A program made the translations under genes and the position numbers. The notes below the pieces were generated by a model. It searched no databases and was not told the origin of the DNA. It worked only from the letters and a program-made list of their open reading frames with translations. A DNA stretch of 64,000 bases from Tubulanus polymorphus. Its lineage: Eukaryota > Animalia > Nemertea. The stretch spans positions 30,538,150-30,602,149 of the forward strand of contig NC_134026.1 of assembly GCF_964204645.1 (NCBI RefSeq), read 5' to 3'. Positions 36,905 to 49,652 of the stretch are shown piece after piece. Within the stretch, counting starts at the first letter, position 1; each line of letters begins with the position of its first letter.

Positions 36905-37631
36905 GTACAGCATAATTTACTGACACTAAATCAGTGGCCTGATGCTAAATGACGGTACCGCGGATTTCGAGCAGTTCCATCGAGACGCCGACAATGAATA
37001 TGTCTGAGTTTCAGTAATGATGTTCATGACAGGAAACATCACTAACTAATCATTCATTCTGTGATAAACAACAGCAACAGTAGTTTCTCTCTCTCTGTTT
37101 AGTGATCGGCTTATATTTCAACGGACCACTCGATGGAGTTAGGGGGCGGGGTTTTTATCTTTTCACAACAAAGGAAAGAAGACACTAGTGGATGAAGGGG
37201 CAAAATTATGTATGCAAATTGCAGGGACTTAACAAGTTTTTTTGTGGTGAGGGAAACCGTTATTGAGATTGATGCGGTTTTTAGAATTTTCAATTGTCTA
37301 CATTATAAAAATTGAGATAGGTTCAATACATTGGTAACTTTTTCTCGGCGTGCTCTGGTCCAATAAATGAGGTTCGATTTTTAGTCATATATTGTCGTAC
37401 GTTTGCGCATCGACTCGCTGCCTTTGATTCTGCCATCTTCAAACAATGCAATATCGTTGTATAAAAAGCGTTAACACAATTTGAGAAATTCCAAGATCAT
37501 TTAATTAGGAATAATAGTAAAACACAAAATGTCTGTTACAAATGTTTTATTTTCAATTGTAAGTAATACGCAATACACAAGATGATGTTAATATAGAAAT
37601 GAAATGAGGATTTATAGAAATTGAAATGCCA

Positions 37632-39318
37632 CTATTTGCTGCGGGGGGTGAGGGGTGAGGGAGGTGCAGCCGACTTGTCATGTCGCCGCCGAGCCGTTTT
37701 TCCGCATTCACCTATCACATTCTGATACGATTTCCGCCCGATTTCGTTCCACGTTTCTCGTTGGATTTTACTGTTACTAATTCTGGCATATTCGTTTAAA
37801 ACGAATTCGCACACGTCCTTGGACAGCTCTTTGTCGAGAATTTTCAATTTCGACGCCTGCACAGCGATCGTGTTCGCTTTGATCTGTCCGGCTAAAATTC
37901 CCGTTATATAAACATCTTCTATTTCCATGTAAGGAATTGCGGCTGAAACTCGCACAAGATCGGGCAGTAGGTCCGCGGTGAATAAATACACCGGGCTATA
38001 ACAATAAGACGGGAATGTTTGTCCCGGGTAATCATACTGTGACACGTACCAGATACTATCGATATGTCTATTAGGCGGTGAACCGGCTGCTTTCTGGAGA
38101 CAAACAAACGACCGCGAATAGTTTTTAGATTTGATTTCCCGTAACGTATTTTTAACGTTCACCATTACGTTCGTATCGTCGACTTTCATTACGAGTTTCA
38201 CGTCCGTACAAAATTTCCGTAACCAACCGAACGCCGCAATCATCGTCAACGATCGATTCCGAAAATTGTCGATTGTTTCCGACACGACGATATCGCCGTG
38301 TTTGTGACCCTCAGTTGTGAGTATCTTAAGCCAGTCGGAATCTCGACCTCCCATCATAAAAATCAGTTTGACCCGAGCTGGTAAATGTTTTCGATTACCC
38401 CATGTTTCTCGTATTAAAGTCCTAGCCGCCTGGTTCTCGGGACTAGTTAGGACCACTACGATGCTATCGATGCCCGGTGCGCATATTTCTGTTGAAATCA
38501 GCGCGAACCTGGTTTTAGGAGGATAATTCAAGTTGTACAATAAATATTGTTTGATATCATAATGTTTAACAACGACGCCTTCGTATGTCGGTATCTTGTC
38601 CGAAACGGTTATCACATCGTTCGCATTTTCTGTTGGCTCATCGATGAAATCGTTGTGTTTTCTACGTTGTGGTAAAGATATCAATGTCAGATGCAACAAA
38701 CAACCGCAAATGAATGCCAATAACATCAATCCAGGGAATGGAATATCCAAACTGCGTCTTCTAATTCTAAAATGAAAATGGGAAGACAAAAGTCAAATTT
38801 TATTTAATTCTGAGTTGTATAATTCAATAGGATCTGAACGATAAACACACTCACACGTGGTGAACAGATTATAAGATAAGGCTAAACAAAATGATACCTT
38901 GTTTCTCCGCAGCGGCCGGGTCATTTTTGTAAAATATGATAAAATTTGTAAGCAGTTCATTTCTACAGCGGCCGGGTCTGTTATGGTAAAATTGATCACG
39001 ATTTAAAAAAAAGTAATGTATAGGGTACATAGGCGGCCGGCCGGGTCAACATCTAAGCTCAGCAGAGCGGAGAAACAAGGTATCAATTTTTTTTAGCCTA
39101 AAAACCCACTATTTACAAATTAAAAGAATTCTAAAATCGGACGATGATCTCTAGGGTGAGATCGAAACGTCGTGTTCTTATATTTTAGATTGTTTCAATA
39201 AATACATTCTCGATTTTAGAATTCTTTTACTTTGTAAATAATGGGTTTTTATCTTATTGAATGTGATGTATGTTTGTACTTACGCTCGTCGAAACCGTTC
39301 GAGAAATATCCGAATCAT
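37632..39318 (-). CDS. Beta-1,3-galactosyltransferase-like (GT31) type II membrane protein, 2 coding exons
   Basis: Exon 1 39318-39284 (MIRIFLERFRR, then GC|GTAAGT) joins in phase to the acceptor at 38766. TM LMLLAFICGCLLHLTLI. GT31 motifs R..IRETWG, E...HGDI, DNFRN.S, MKVDD, WYVS..YP..FPSYC and EDVYITG. Confidence 0.9.
38880..39098. mobile_element. PIF/Harbinger (Tourist-like) MITE, TIR GGCTAAAnAAAATGATACCTTGTTTCTCCGC, TSD TAA
   Basis: taa|ggctaaacaaaatgataccttgtttctccgc ... gcggagaaacaaggtatcaattttttttagcc|taa. A near-identical inverted copy is at 58562-58780. Confidence 0.9.
39101..39250. repeat. Palindrome with about 40-bp arms enclosing a hammerhead-like core
   Basis: aaaacccactatttacaaattaaaagaattctaaaatcg pairs with cgattttagaattcttttactttgtaaataatgggtttt. 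Centre: cggacga-tgatctc-tagggt-gagatc-gaaac-gtc. Confidence 0.65.
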
Positions 39319-41414
39319 TTTAGCTGACACTACTGTTCCGTTCCTACCTGTTGACAACGCCTGCTTGCTATACTAAACAGCATATAAGCGTGACATTTTT
39401 TCGTGAATGACAGAACCCGTTTATGATTTTAAAATAGCTCGATCTTTACGCCGATATGGGACGAATGTCCTCTTATGTATGCGCGTGTACTGCGCGTTAG
39501 TATTACCATAGTAACTTCTGGTACAACATGGCCGGCGCTCTCTCGCGCTATGAATAATGGGTTATAGTTTATCACAACTAGATGTATATATTGTAATCAT
39601 CACGACGATTAATAATGCAGATCATTGATTGTCATAGAATGCGTCACAGCGAGCTCCAGAATTGATGGCGATGTTCACTGTCATTTTCTAACCTATTGCG
39701 AGCAGTTAGAGATGAAATTAGATTTTAATGTTATTCTTTTTAAAGATATATTTCAATTTAACTGTATTTGATTATAATCGTAACCTTGATATAGGTATCT
39801 TCATGTTACCTTCAAAGGGTTTGGACATTCATATCCAGTCTACATTGACATATACAAGGCATACGAATATGAAAAAAAGTTTTATTACACTTTAGACGCC
39901 GTAAAAGCCGTTACAATAATGTTTACATACATTAATACCTAAGGAGTTCTAATATTTAAGGGGGTCTCTGGGTGAGTCGATGTGCTGGTTTGCAATAGTG
40001 TATTTGGTTGTGTATTCACTTATTGAGTTGTCTAACAATCGTTTCTATTCATGAGTTCAAGCTAGATCGAGTTTTGAAACGAATGATATGGCCACCGTCG
40101 GGAAGTGAATTTCTGAACACAGTCGTTAGGATGACATTTAAAAGAATCACTTGAGACAACCGTGTAACTGGAGCAGAAACTCAGATCGTATAAACAGAAA
40201 ATCATTTTCAATGATGCAATTCCCAGACTTATTGACAGATATGCTCCCTCTCTCGCGCGCTCTCAGTTGAAATCCGATACGACACCGGGTCTAAAACTAT
40301 CGAATTTCACTAAAAAAAAGTCTCAACTGGTAACGTCAGATCAATGGTGAATCAGCAAAGACTGACAACAACAATTCTTAACGGATGTTAAAAATTCTGT
40401 AATGAAACGTCGATGTCCTGTACTGACTTCATCTCTGATTAATGACTAGCTGACTTTCGCGGACTTGCATCCGAGTGGTCCGGACTAATGAAGACTACAG
40501 GTTAGAGCAAAAAGCGCCGAAATCCAATCTGTAAGCAGTGACTCGGCATTCAGTTTCAATAGCCGTGGCTCAATCGTGACAATGATCCTAAGATCCAAAA
40601 GTGGTCTTCAATTTTACTTGGTCTGAAGTTGAAGACAAGATGATCTTAAACCTAAAGCCTTAACCGTGTTGCTGCTGGCCGAGGGTTCATTCATCAAGTC
40701 AGTGACACCTGGTCCCTTTTAAAAATAATGTGTCAGTTGTAAATGAAGACAATAGTACCAATGTTCCCCATCTATTCATTTCGATGAATCATCACCGCAG
40801 GTTTTTATATATTTGATAAGTTTAACTTTAAATAAAATGATACATATTTTGAGGTTGATTCAGTAACTCCACCCAGCTGTCTCTTGACAATCAATAATCA
40901 GTATCTATGGATACTTTAGCCCGGAGCGGAGCGATATTTGGGCGTGATTTCCTCTATCGAACAGTTTGAACCCTTGTTTGTATCATCCGTTTCCAAAACA
41001 TCGATTTCCACAAACAAAAACCTCTGTCGACAAATACACAAGTACCGGTATATATGTATATGCATGTCATAAAACAGAATAGAATTGACGAAAACAAATC
41101 TCGCAAAAATATGAACAGTTGAAACTAATGTACAAAATGCAAAAATGCAGATGTTGACATGTCAGAAGAGGACTTTAATTATAAGAGATTTACAAGAAAT
41201 GGGCTAGGTCCAAGTTGGTCGATGTTAATCTATTGAGTTGTTGTTCATCTGCGTCACATTGGACGTCAAATGGCCACCATTGTGACGGTGACGCGTTGAT
41301 ATGTCACGTGGTGACTGTATTAAGACATTGTCCGAAACAAATCAACCGAATGAGCCGTTCCGTGTCAGTCTGACGTCACGGTAACTATAAGCTGTGAAGT
41401 CAGAGTTATCACCT

Positions 41415-41600
41415 AGACCCGTGGCCGAATGGGTTTGATCGCCTCCCATACCAGGTGTCCGAGTTCGAATCTCGAGCCAGCACGCACGGACAATGTCATT
41501 TATGGTGAACTGTCTTCTTGGTTTTCTTGAAAAAAAATTGTGTTGGTATTAATTAACCATGAATACAATAGCTGAGTACCAAGCGCCGTGGGGTTCACAC
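41415..41600 (+). mobile_element. Probable tRNA-derived SINE
   Basis: A-box-like TGGCCGAATGG (about 41422) and B-box GAGTTCGAATCTC (41461), with no intact cloverleaf. The 3' boundary is uncertain. Confidence 0.5.
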
Positions 41601-42925
41601 TGAATTGTCTTTTTGTCATAGAACTAACTATAACTATCGGTTATAGTTCTATGTTTTTATATAGTTATTTCTGATATTTTTTCACCATTGCTGAAACGAT
41701 CGATTACCAAAAAGTTTTAAGTATGTCTTCACTTCAAAAGCCATGACATTGTTTGTAACAAGGAGGGTTTCTAAATCATAGTTGAGTACGATCTAAATGA
41801 ATGGCCAAACCCGGTAACAAAAAGCCAGGGAAATTCAGACTTCATTTATTAGGTAAAATTATAATTATGAAATACTCCGCCTGGTCTCATTCGGAATCTT
41901 GACTGGAAAGAAGCCGATTCTATCGAAAATATTTCATAAAAATAACCGTTTGAAAATTCTCTGATAAAACTTGACAAAACGAACAACAACGGTTTTTTAG
42001 TATTGAACGATCGAATATTATTCTGTCAAGAAGGTTTTGATGTACATGTAATAATCAGCATCATTACAATCATGTGAAATAATTCTTTTTAGATATATAT
42101 AGATTCACTACGAATAACCGTATCGAAACAGTAGCAAATATAAATCAACTATTTTCACTGTTTTTGAATTATTTCGATTTCGTATTTCTAACACACTAGT
42201 GTCTCTAAAACTCTAATAGCACCGCCAGATATTTAAAAATCATAATTTTTTTATTATTGAATTTTGTATAAGCAGTAGTTCATATAATGATCCGTTGAAT
42301 TTAAGCCGATTCTTTACAAATATATATAACTGATGATATATCAGTAGCAGTCTCACAACATAAACACATGCGTATAAATATATATATTATTTCACAACTA
42401 TAAAATCTGCAGAGCTGTCAAATTAAAATTCATAGATCAAAATAATATTCTCTTTAAGCAAACATTACACTAATACTTATCGAATACTTCACATCAGGTT
42501 CTTCAGTTCTCTTGTATAAATATGTTCTTCCTAAAGTGAAATCCCACACTTTGAAGACCAGAAATGAAAAGTATATTGCGACCACAGAGTTTCACCTGAC
42601 GATGGAAAGAGCTGAAACGTCGCGGTTTCAATGAACTTTTATTAAATCAATTTTTCAATATTTTCCTCTTTAAAAATGTGAGAAAAGTCGCTCATCTTTC
42701 AAGGATTACAGTGTGTTTCAAAATAACAATCCCTCAACCCGATGATTTAATGAATTGGATTGTTATCCTTCAATAAGATACTGAAAAATAAGTATTTTCT
42801 GTCGCATTTCACACTGATTTCTGTTTAAATCAAACTAACATACATTATACATAGGAAGCAGTTGATTTGGTTGGAATCAGGTTTCGGTCTTCAAAACGAA
42901 TTTCACATCACAAAAACAGCTACAT

Positions 42926-43138
42926 TTATAAAACATTGCATCCACCTTTATCTTTGAAAGGGTTGTCATTTTGTTTTGCGAATCCATAAATGAGTACATC
43001 GTTTTCTTGATGTTGTTCGCAAAACTTCTTAATTTCCTCGATACATTCTGAAACAGGCATTCGCCTTACGCTAGCCTCCACTTTCAGTTGTTCGACGGCC
43101 TTACGATGCTGTTGAAGGTTCTCCTGGAATTTATTCAT
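42926..43138 (-). CDS. Heterotrimeric G-protein gamma subunit A (Ggamma1/gpc-1-like), 70 aa, CaaX CNVL
   Basis: MNKFQENLQQHRKAVEQLKVEASVRRMPVSECIEEIKKFCEQHQENDVLIYGFAKQNDNPFKDKGGCNVL has the GGL-domain pattern. The acceptor TTTCTAG lies 1 nt before the ATG. Confidence 0.93.
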   Translation of the reverse strand: MNKFQENLQQHRKAVEQLKVEASVRRMPVSECIEEIKKFCEQHQENDVLIYGFAKQNDNPFKDKGGCNVL

Positions 43139-46100
43139 TCTAGAAATAAAACAAGAAGAAACATTAAAGTTTATTGACGACTGGAAAAAGTAACACATAT
43201 AAATTGCTCCATGTTGTCGACGAGGGATGATATGATATTGATAACATGATTTTCTAGTTATAATGATTAAGTTATTTTGAATTAAGATATATCGACAATT
43301 GAATTTGACCGGCAACCAGTCTAGCCGCTCTATGACATCGACATCGACTCGCACAGTACCCCTTGAATAACGGAGAATAGTTCTATATCTAAAAACATTT
43401 TTTCAACGGTTTTTACGGTGTCAAAAAAATCAAGCTCCATTTTGTCAATTGTAGCGTGTTGTTGTAACTCGGATGCTGATCATCTCGTGAAGTTCATTTC
43501 GTTCAGATAGTTCAGTTCGTGCACCCTAAGGCAGGGCCGCCTCGATATTAAAACTCAACTGCTCTCTCCAGAAGAAATATTTTTCGTAGACCGACACGTT
43601 GTTGGCATGGAAACAGTGAAGCTAAAGTGAGGACTGGGAGCTCAGAAGAGATCGCTTAAGAATCAGTTTATCAAGTGATGTCGCAGATCAGGTTCAACCA
43701 GCCCTAGAAAACTTGTTTTCACACTGTTTTTACGATGCATCACTAACAAATGGTTCTTACGAAATAGTCTAAAGGCAGGGTGAAATTTAATGAAAGTTCA
43801 AAAGGGTATGGGAACGCTTGGGTGCATGTTGATCTCAGAATTTTGGTTTATGCAGGTAGCGCACAAACCTGGCGGGGGGGGGGGGTGCTAAGCTAAAACC
43901 CCTAAAAACAAGTTGTGTTTAGATTATCGAGTTCATGAGTAAATCGAATTGTTAAAGGTCGTTCTGGTGACCTTGCAGAAAAAAGGCCCGTTATACAAAA
44001 ATCCTCCGTACCATGATAATGATATTTAAACTAAAAAGGAAATTTCAAGACTCTCAAATTTCTAAAAAAATCATTTGATCGTGATTTTAAAAGCTTTTAC
44101 GGCTGTGTAGACTATATACATATCAATTTATTTGAGCAAATTCAAAGGCACCGTAAATAACTTTTGACAATACAATATTTGAAAACATGTTCATACACCA
44201 TAGAATACACCATAGAATATACCCAGCGTTATAAAGACAAATAAATCGGGCTGTTTGTGCTGTGAACTGCTATTTGTCAGTGATGGTACATTTTTTAATC
44301 TAGGGAACCTCATCCACGTAGAATGAGCGACGACTTGTAAAGATATAGACCGCCAAACTCTAGTGTTATTACGTGATGCAGTTAGCTGTTGTCGTATACT
44401 GCTCAATATAACTGGGTTATCTAATATCGACTCAGTTCCAGCATCGATACAGTCATCACAAAAATGTAAAGCTGACAATCGTCCAATTAGTTTGATACTA
44501 GAAAATAATATCGAAAATCCCGCAACTAATGACGAAAAATTAAGTCCGAAATGTTTCCTAATTCAATGTTTTGACCATAACAGCTATTTTCAGGAATACT
44601 GTATTCCTGAAAGATGAATTCATACTAACTCTAGAAATAGCTACATCGACATTGGACTAATTTAACCAAGATCTCTTTCATGTTCTATGGTTTCTTCATG
44701 ACGTTCGTTAACAACAGCGCACCTCGATGCATTTTCCATAATTCCACGCAATCTCTGCGGGGTAAATGGTTAGGATATCGCTCCAGAACTGCCTCCAGTC
44801 CAACCTCCAACCGCAACCATCAATTAGACTCTGACTGAAATGAGTGTTTGTTACCAATGGCAATAAAATTGCTTATTTTGCTGTGATAAGAGGATGTTAT
44901 GTGCGACGACAAGTCATTAACAAAACACCTCCAGGGTCTACTTTATACTTCACAAATTTTAATATCAATCCTAAACGTACACTCGGCAGAAAGATGAGAT
45001 CTGAACGCTGCGGTTTCATCATCAACAAACCGTCGTTTTATATTACGTAGTTGAAATTTCGATCAATCTGTTTCAAGAAAAGGAAAACATAGAAAAACCG
45101 CGTATTCTAAAACTGCGTGTTCTAAAACCGCGTGACCGAAAAAATCAAAATGGAATACAAATAAAAACACGACAAACACGATAAGGGATCCTGGGACAGG
45201 TCGATTTGCTTTCAAATAATTTAAAAAGAAATAAAGAACAATATTCATGTTCAGGTGTTTTCTTATGGAGAGGTCTGAAATGATATCGGGAACTCTAGAC
45301 AACGTTTTCAGCAATTGATTCTTATATTTCATTCCACCAAACTTCGTTTATCGGAGTTAGTCGACTATAGTCCACGGGATTGAGCACGGTCGCTGTAGTT
45401 CGGACCTGTTTCCAACATGACCGACACTGTGAAATGCGTTACGACCGAACTATAGTGCGTTCGGTTATTAGCTCTGGCCACTAGTCGACTAAACTGCGAT
45501 AAGCGAGGTTCGCCCGTCAATAGTCTCCCTTCTAGAGAAATGAAAAACACATGACGCCATAATCATCGTTATACAACAATCTTTATTGCTACTCATTTTC
45601 CGTGTTTTATGCGATTACAAACAAATCATCGAAAATAATCTTAAACAAAACCTCGAATCAAATCTAAATGTATCTAAAATTATATCCCAATCATTAGATA
45701 ATCACAATTATCCAAAAAATAAGTATTTGGTTTTTTTTTTTCTAGCGACCAAGCCCTTAAAACTAAACAGGCTTTATAGACTATATCTGATTATTGATAA
45801 TGTCTTAGTTTCAAGGAGGCGATCGATTTTTTCGTTTCCGAAAACAAAGCAGAATGTTGTATAAATGTTATTTTTCAGTACAAAATATGACCTTTACCGA
45901 ATTGCAATCCCTCAATCTATACTCGAACAAATTGGTGTTTATCTCATGATGATAATTTAAGCACTGATCCCCTGAAACAAACTCGAAATATCACAATTTC
46001 AGCTTGAAATTATTAGTAAAATCTGCAAATTACAAATCAATAACTTTGAATATGTTTTACAGTAAATTATTTTCTATGTTGTGCCTGGATATTAAGTTTT

Positions 46101-46233
46101 GATTTCTCCACGCAGAGATTATCAATCACAAATATTTCACGAGCCAAATTTATTTTCACAGAATGATTTTTCAGTAAGTATAATATATATATATATATAC
46201 ATATAAGAATAAACTAAAAATCACGAAGAAATT

Positions 46234-46503
46234 AGGTACCGGCGTCACACACCAGATGGCGCGATAACACACTAAGTTTATTTAACGTAGTGAAAATTAG
46301 TTTATTTTCGATGAGATTTGAACTTGACTTTTAGGCTTCATAATCCGAACATTATCGAACGAATCACGAATGGAATTATGATTTACTTTATCACTCGGTG
46401 TATGGTATAGATTTCCCTGAAAAAGAGAAATGGAGAAAAAACTGACTAGCTTATAACGACACCTAGCGGATCATCGCATGCCACAGTAACGGTGCCGGTA
46501 CCT
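46234..46503. repeat. Inverted-repeat-bounded element (AGGTACCGGC termini) with two convergent CTCF-like motifs
   Basis: aggtaccggc at 46234 and gccggtacct ending about 46503. CACCAGATGGCGC at 46250-46262 and GACACCTAGCGG at 46458-46469. Confidence 0.5.
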
Positions 46504-48249
46504 TATCACTGTTTTACCCTAGTCTAAATATTGATAAAAATTATTATGATAATACTTTACTGTAATAATAATAATAATAATAATAATAATAGTTATAATA
46601 ATACTTATGATAAACGTGTTGATAATGATTAATTAATTAATTATATACATGAATTAATAACTAAGTTAAAAGAAAACGTTGTACATTAAGTTAGATTATG
46701 TACGTATCTTTCTCTCTCTCCCACTATCTCTCTCTCTCTCTTCTTAGAAATACAACTAGAACTACAAAACACATAAAACTAGTTTCAAAGACACTTTAAT
46801 AAGGATTTTCTGCAGCTTGTTTTAATGCGACCTTTCATTTTAACGGTTGAGCTTTACATTTGAATTTTTAAATAATCCACGCAATTCATCTTTCTATCTT
46901 TTAGAGGAATGAACATAACTCATTAATCTGATGAAACCACTAGATTCGCACGGGATTCCGAAAGTGAATTTTAAGCAAACGGTGCATTTTACGAAATATG
47001 TTTTTTTTAAACGATGGAATAAAGCGCTTTCAATAAGATTTTGATTCATGTAGATTCCTCAGCAATAGAAAAAAAAAACGAAAAAAGAGTTTTCTAAACA
47101 TAATCACGCAAAGCAACGATAACGTCACTTAAATAAGGGGTTCCCAGAAAATAAATTCTGGGAAGATTCTGTACACGATTAAAAACCTTACTTCATCATA
47201 ACTATATCGAGGAAGTGCCACTAGAAAATTATCAACATGTTGCATCTAAATTCCTAGATTTTGAACATTCTCTAAAATGGCAAATGCAAATAGTTAAGAT
47301 AGAAGCAAATATATTCTATGAAGATATGAATGAAATAGAGAATAACTTATAATTAAAAACATCAAACATTAAAAACATCAATTAAAACATGAATGGGTCG
47401 ACAATTGTTTTTTTTTTGGTTTGTTTTCTTATTGAGAGGGAAATAAGTGCTGGTTATGCAAATAAATGTGTATGAATTAACGACAACTAATAAATAATAA
47501 ATCACATAATTAAAGAAGTTTAGAGTGTATTGCTCGCTGAGATATATTCATAACTAGATCACGTGACCACCGCCAGAAGTCACGTGCCAGATTTGATCTG
47601 CCATGGTTCAACCAAATCCGGAAGGTGACATCGCGGATTTCAAAACCATCAATTTCTGACTAATTTGTACTGACCAAAACAATTATATATGAATGATTAA
47701 ATAATAACAGTAATATTCAACTGATTATATATAACATCTATGTTAAAACACCATATATGGAAATTAAAACGCTAATAAAACGTTTACCATTTTAAAGAAA
47801 ATTCAAAAATGTCAGAATAAGACGCATTCGTAAAATGATTTAATAGTTGGAACTTCACCACACACTAACAGGTGAATCAAAGTTTTATCGTTAATAGAAT
47901 CTAACAGTTCCGTAAACGCGTGGATCTTAATTTGACTCTAGGCGGTTAAAACAATTCGGAGCAAATAACATGGAACTTGGGTCTGAAGATCAGGTCGGTT
48001 ATTCTTTTAAAGAGCTCAACCGTAAAAATTTTAAGGTCTACACAAAAAATGCCGATATTTTTAAACAACATTATAACCTAGAGAACTACTGTAATAATGG
48101 AGTACAGAATGAAATGTGTAAATTAAAATTCCTGTGGCAAAAAAAACCTATTTTAAAAATTACTTGTGACGGTGGGATGTGACTGACGAGATTCAGTCGA
48201 GAATCTCGCGAGATATCTACGTTACGTGCAACAAGGGCTACGTTTGATT

Positions 48250-48950
48250 GTGGCAATCGAGGTTTCCGCTTGTGGCAAGTGAGGATCCACCAGGTTCGCT
48301 AGTGTACATTCGGACAACGATGCCAGATTCGATTAGAATGTATCCGTAATTTTTCTATACATAAACCCTTAAGATCGCACCGAGTTTATCAAGAGCAATC
48401 ATTCACATGATATTCTATGTTGGCGGCTGAAAAATTAGCTAATTGAAATTAACGAGATTTTGATCAAGTTGTCCAATAGATGCGTACGCCACCTAGCGGG
48501 ATATCGCGGTGCAGCGCCGGTTCCTCACTGAATAATAATTTTGACAATTCGTCTGAACCGCTGACGTACTTTGAAATGTGATAGCGCAACAGTTATTGTC
48601 GCGGAGAGACTGCAACAAATCAAAATGCATAGAGATGAAGTGATCGATCACTCAATGAGTAAAGAATCATTGAAAAACTAGCCAATAAGCTACCGGAAAC
48701 GCAACTGCGGCAAGCGGAATTGCGCCAGGTTCGCTAGTGTACAACGACGTCAACGCTGGATTTTTTCTAGTCAAATATCATGTAGGAAATTTTTACCACA
48801 TCGATATGAACTGTAAAGATAACCAGAGTTTATCGAGACGCGTGATTCGCCTTTGAGATCAAAGTTCATCGTGAAAATAAACTAATTTTGTTCGGGTACG
48901 TCTGATATCTTAGTGGTGCCATCTGACGGGTTGATGGTATGCCGGTATTC
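48250..48950. repeat. Two tandem copies of an approximately 250-bp dispersed repeat (third copy at about 56238-56490), each ending in a CTCF-like motif
   Basis: ccaggttcgctagtgtaca is shared at about 48290 and 48725. gtggcaagtgaggat and ttccgcttgtgg are shared with 56238-56280. Terminal motifs CGCCACCTAGCGG 48487, GTGCCATCTGACGG 48916 and CGCCATCTAGCGG 56447. Confidence 0.65.
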
Positions 48951-49448
48951 AGATTTTTCAGAGCATCTGTGGTGTCATGTGAGCTGTGTGTCAAAAGCGG
49001 TTTAATTATTCCGATAAAGTACCACCGTCGTAGTTAAATCCCTGTTTGGAAATTCATGGTTGTCGTCGGTCGGCGTGGTGCTGGTGGTGGTTGCCGAGCG
49101 GATTTCCGCCTTAGGTTTTCAGGTTTTGTCGCTTTCTAAGCACAATTCGACTGTTCAGTTCAGTAGATAAGAGACGAATCTGTGACTGATCTGATCGCAG
49201 ACGGGGGGCTAGAACGCTGTATAGTGGTGGTGGTGGTGGTGGTATTAAACTGGTGAATCGACATCGAGCTGCACCAGACAATACCAATTGAAACAGCTAC
49301 CATCATCTTAGATTATAAATCCAGAAACTTGAAAATAAAATAACTTGTGTAAAGTGAAAATACTGTCTATTGTATATACGATGAGTTTATAGTGAGTCTT
49401 GTGTGTATAAAATGTGTCCAATGTTTTCTCACAGCGAATCGATCCATT

Positions 49449-49652
49449 TCACAATATATCACATCCCGACTTTTCCTGGAACGGGTTATTTTTCTTGTTC
49501 GGAATTCCGTTTACGAGGCAATCGTTCGGCAAGTTTTCGTCGATGAATTTCATCATGTCGGCCACGCATTCGGACACGTTTTTACGCGGAACCGATGCTT
49601 CCAACTGTAACTGTTCGAGGATTTTCTGTTGTCCCGCCACTGCACTCGACAT
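49449..49652 (-). CDS. G-protein gamma subunit B, 67 aa, CaaX CDIL
   Basis: MSSAVAGQQKILEQLQLEASVPRKNVSECVADMMKFIDENLPNDCLVNGIPNKKNNPFQEKSGCDIL. The acceptor TTACAG lies 9 nt before the ATG. Confidence 0.93.
   Translation of the reverse strand: MSSAVAGQQKILEQLQLEASVPRKNVSECVADMMKFIDENLPNDCLVNGIPNKKNNPFQEKSGCDIL

Noticed and set aside
39980-40480. Possible LINE remnant (FNDAIPRLIDRYAP)
   Set aside because: A single short motif is insufficient evidence.
43139-43354. N-terminal extension of G-gamma A in the 142-aa ORF (likewise 49662-49760 for B)
   Set aside because: The extension crosses a pyrimidine tract and AG acceptor and has no G-gamma similarity, so it is intron read-through.
44190-44830. 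Possible decayed CR1/L2 LINE 3' fragment on the minus strand (ERDLG-like and W..P..PSL-like words)
   Set aside because: It is full of stops and frameshifts, and too weak to call without a profile search.
46790-47340. Possible decayed L1/Tx1-type LINE 3' end on the minus strand
   Set aside because: Only vague motif resemblance and no continuous frame.
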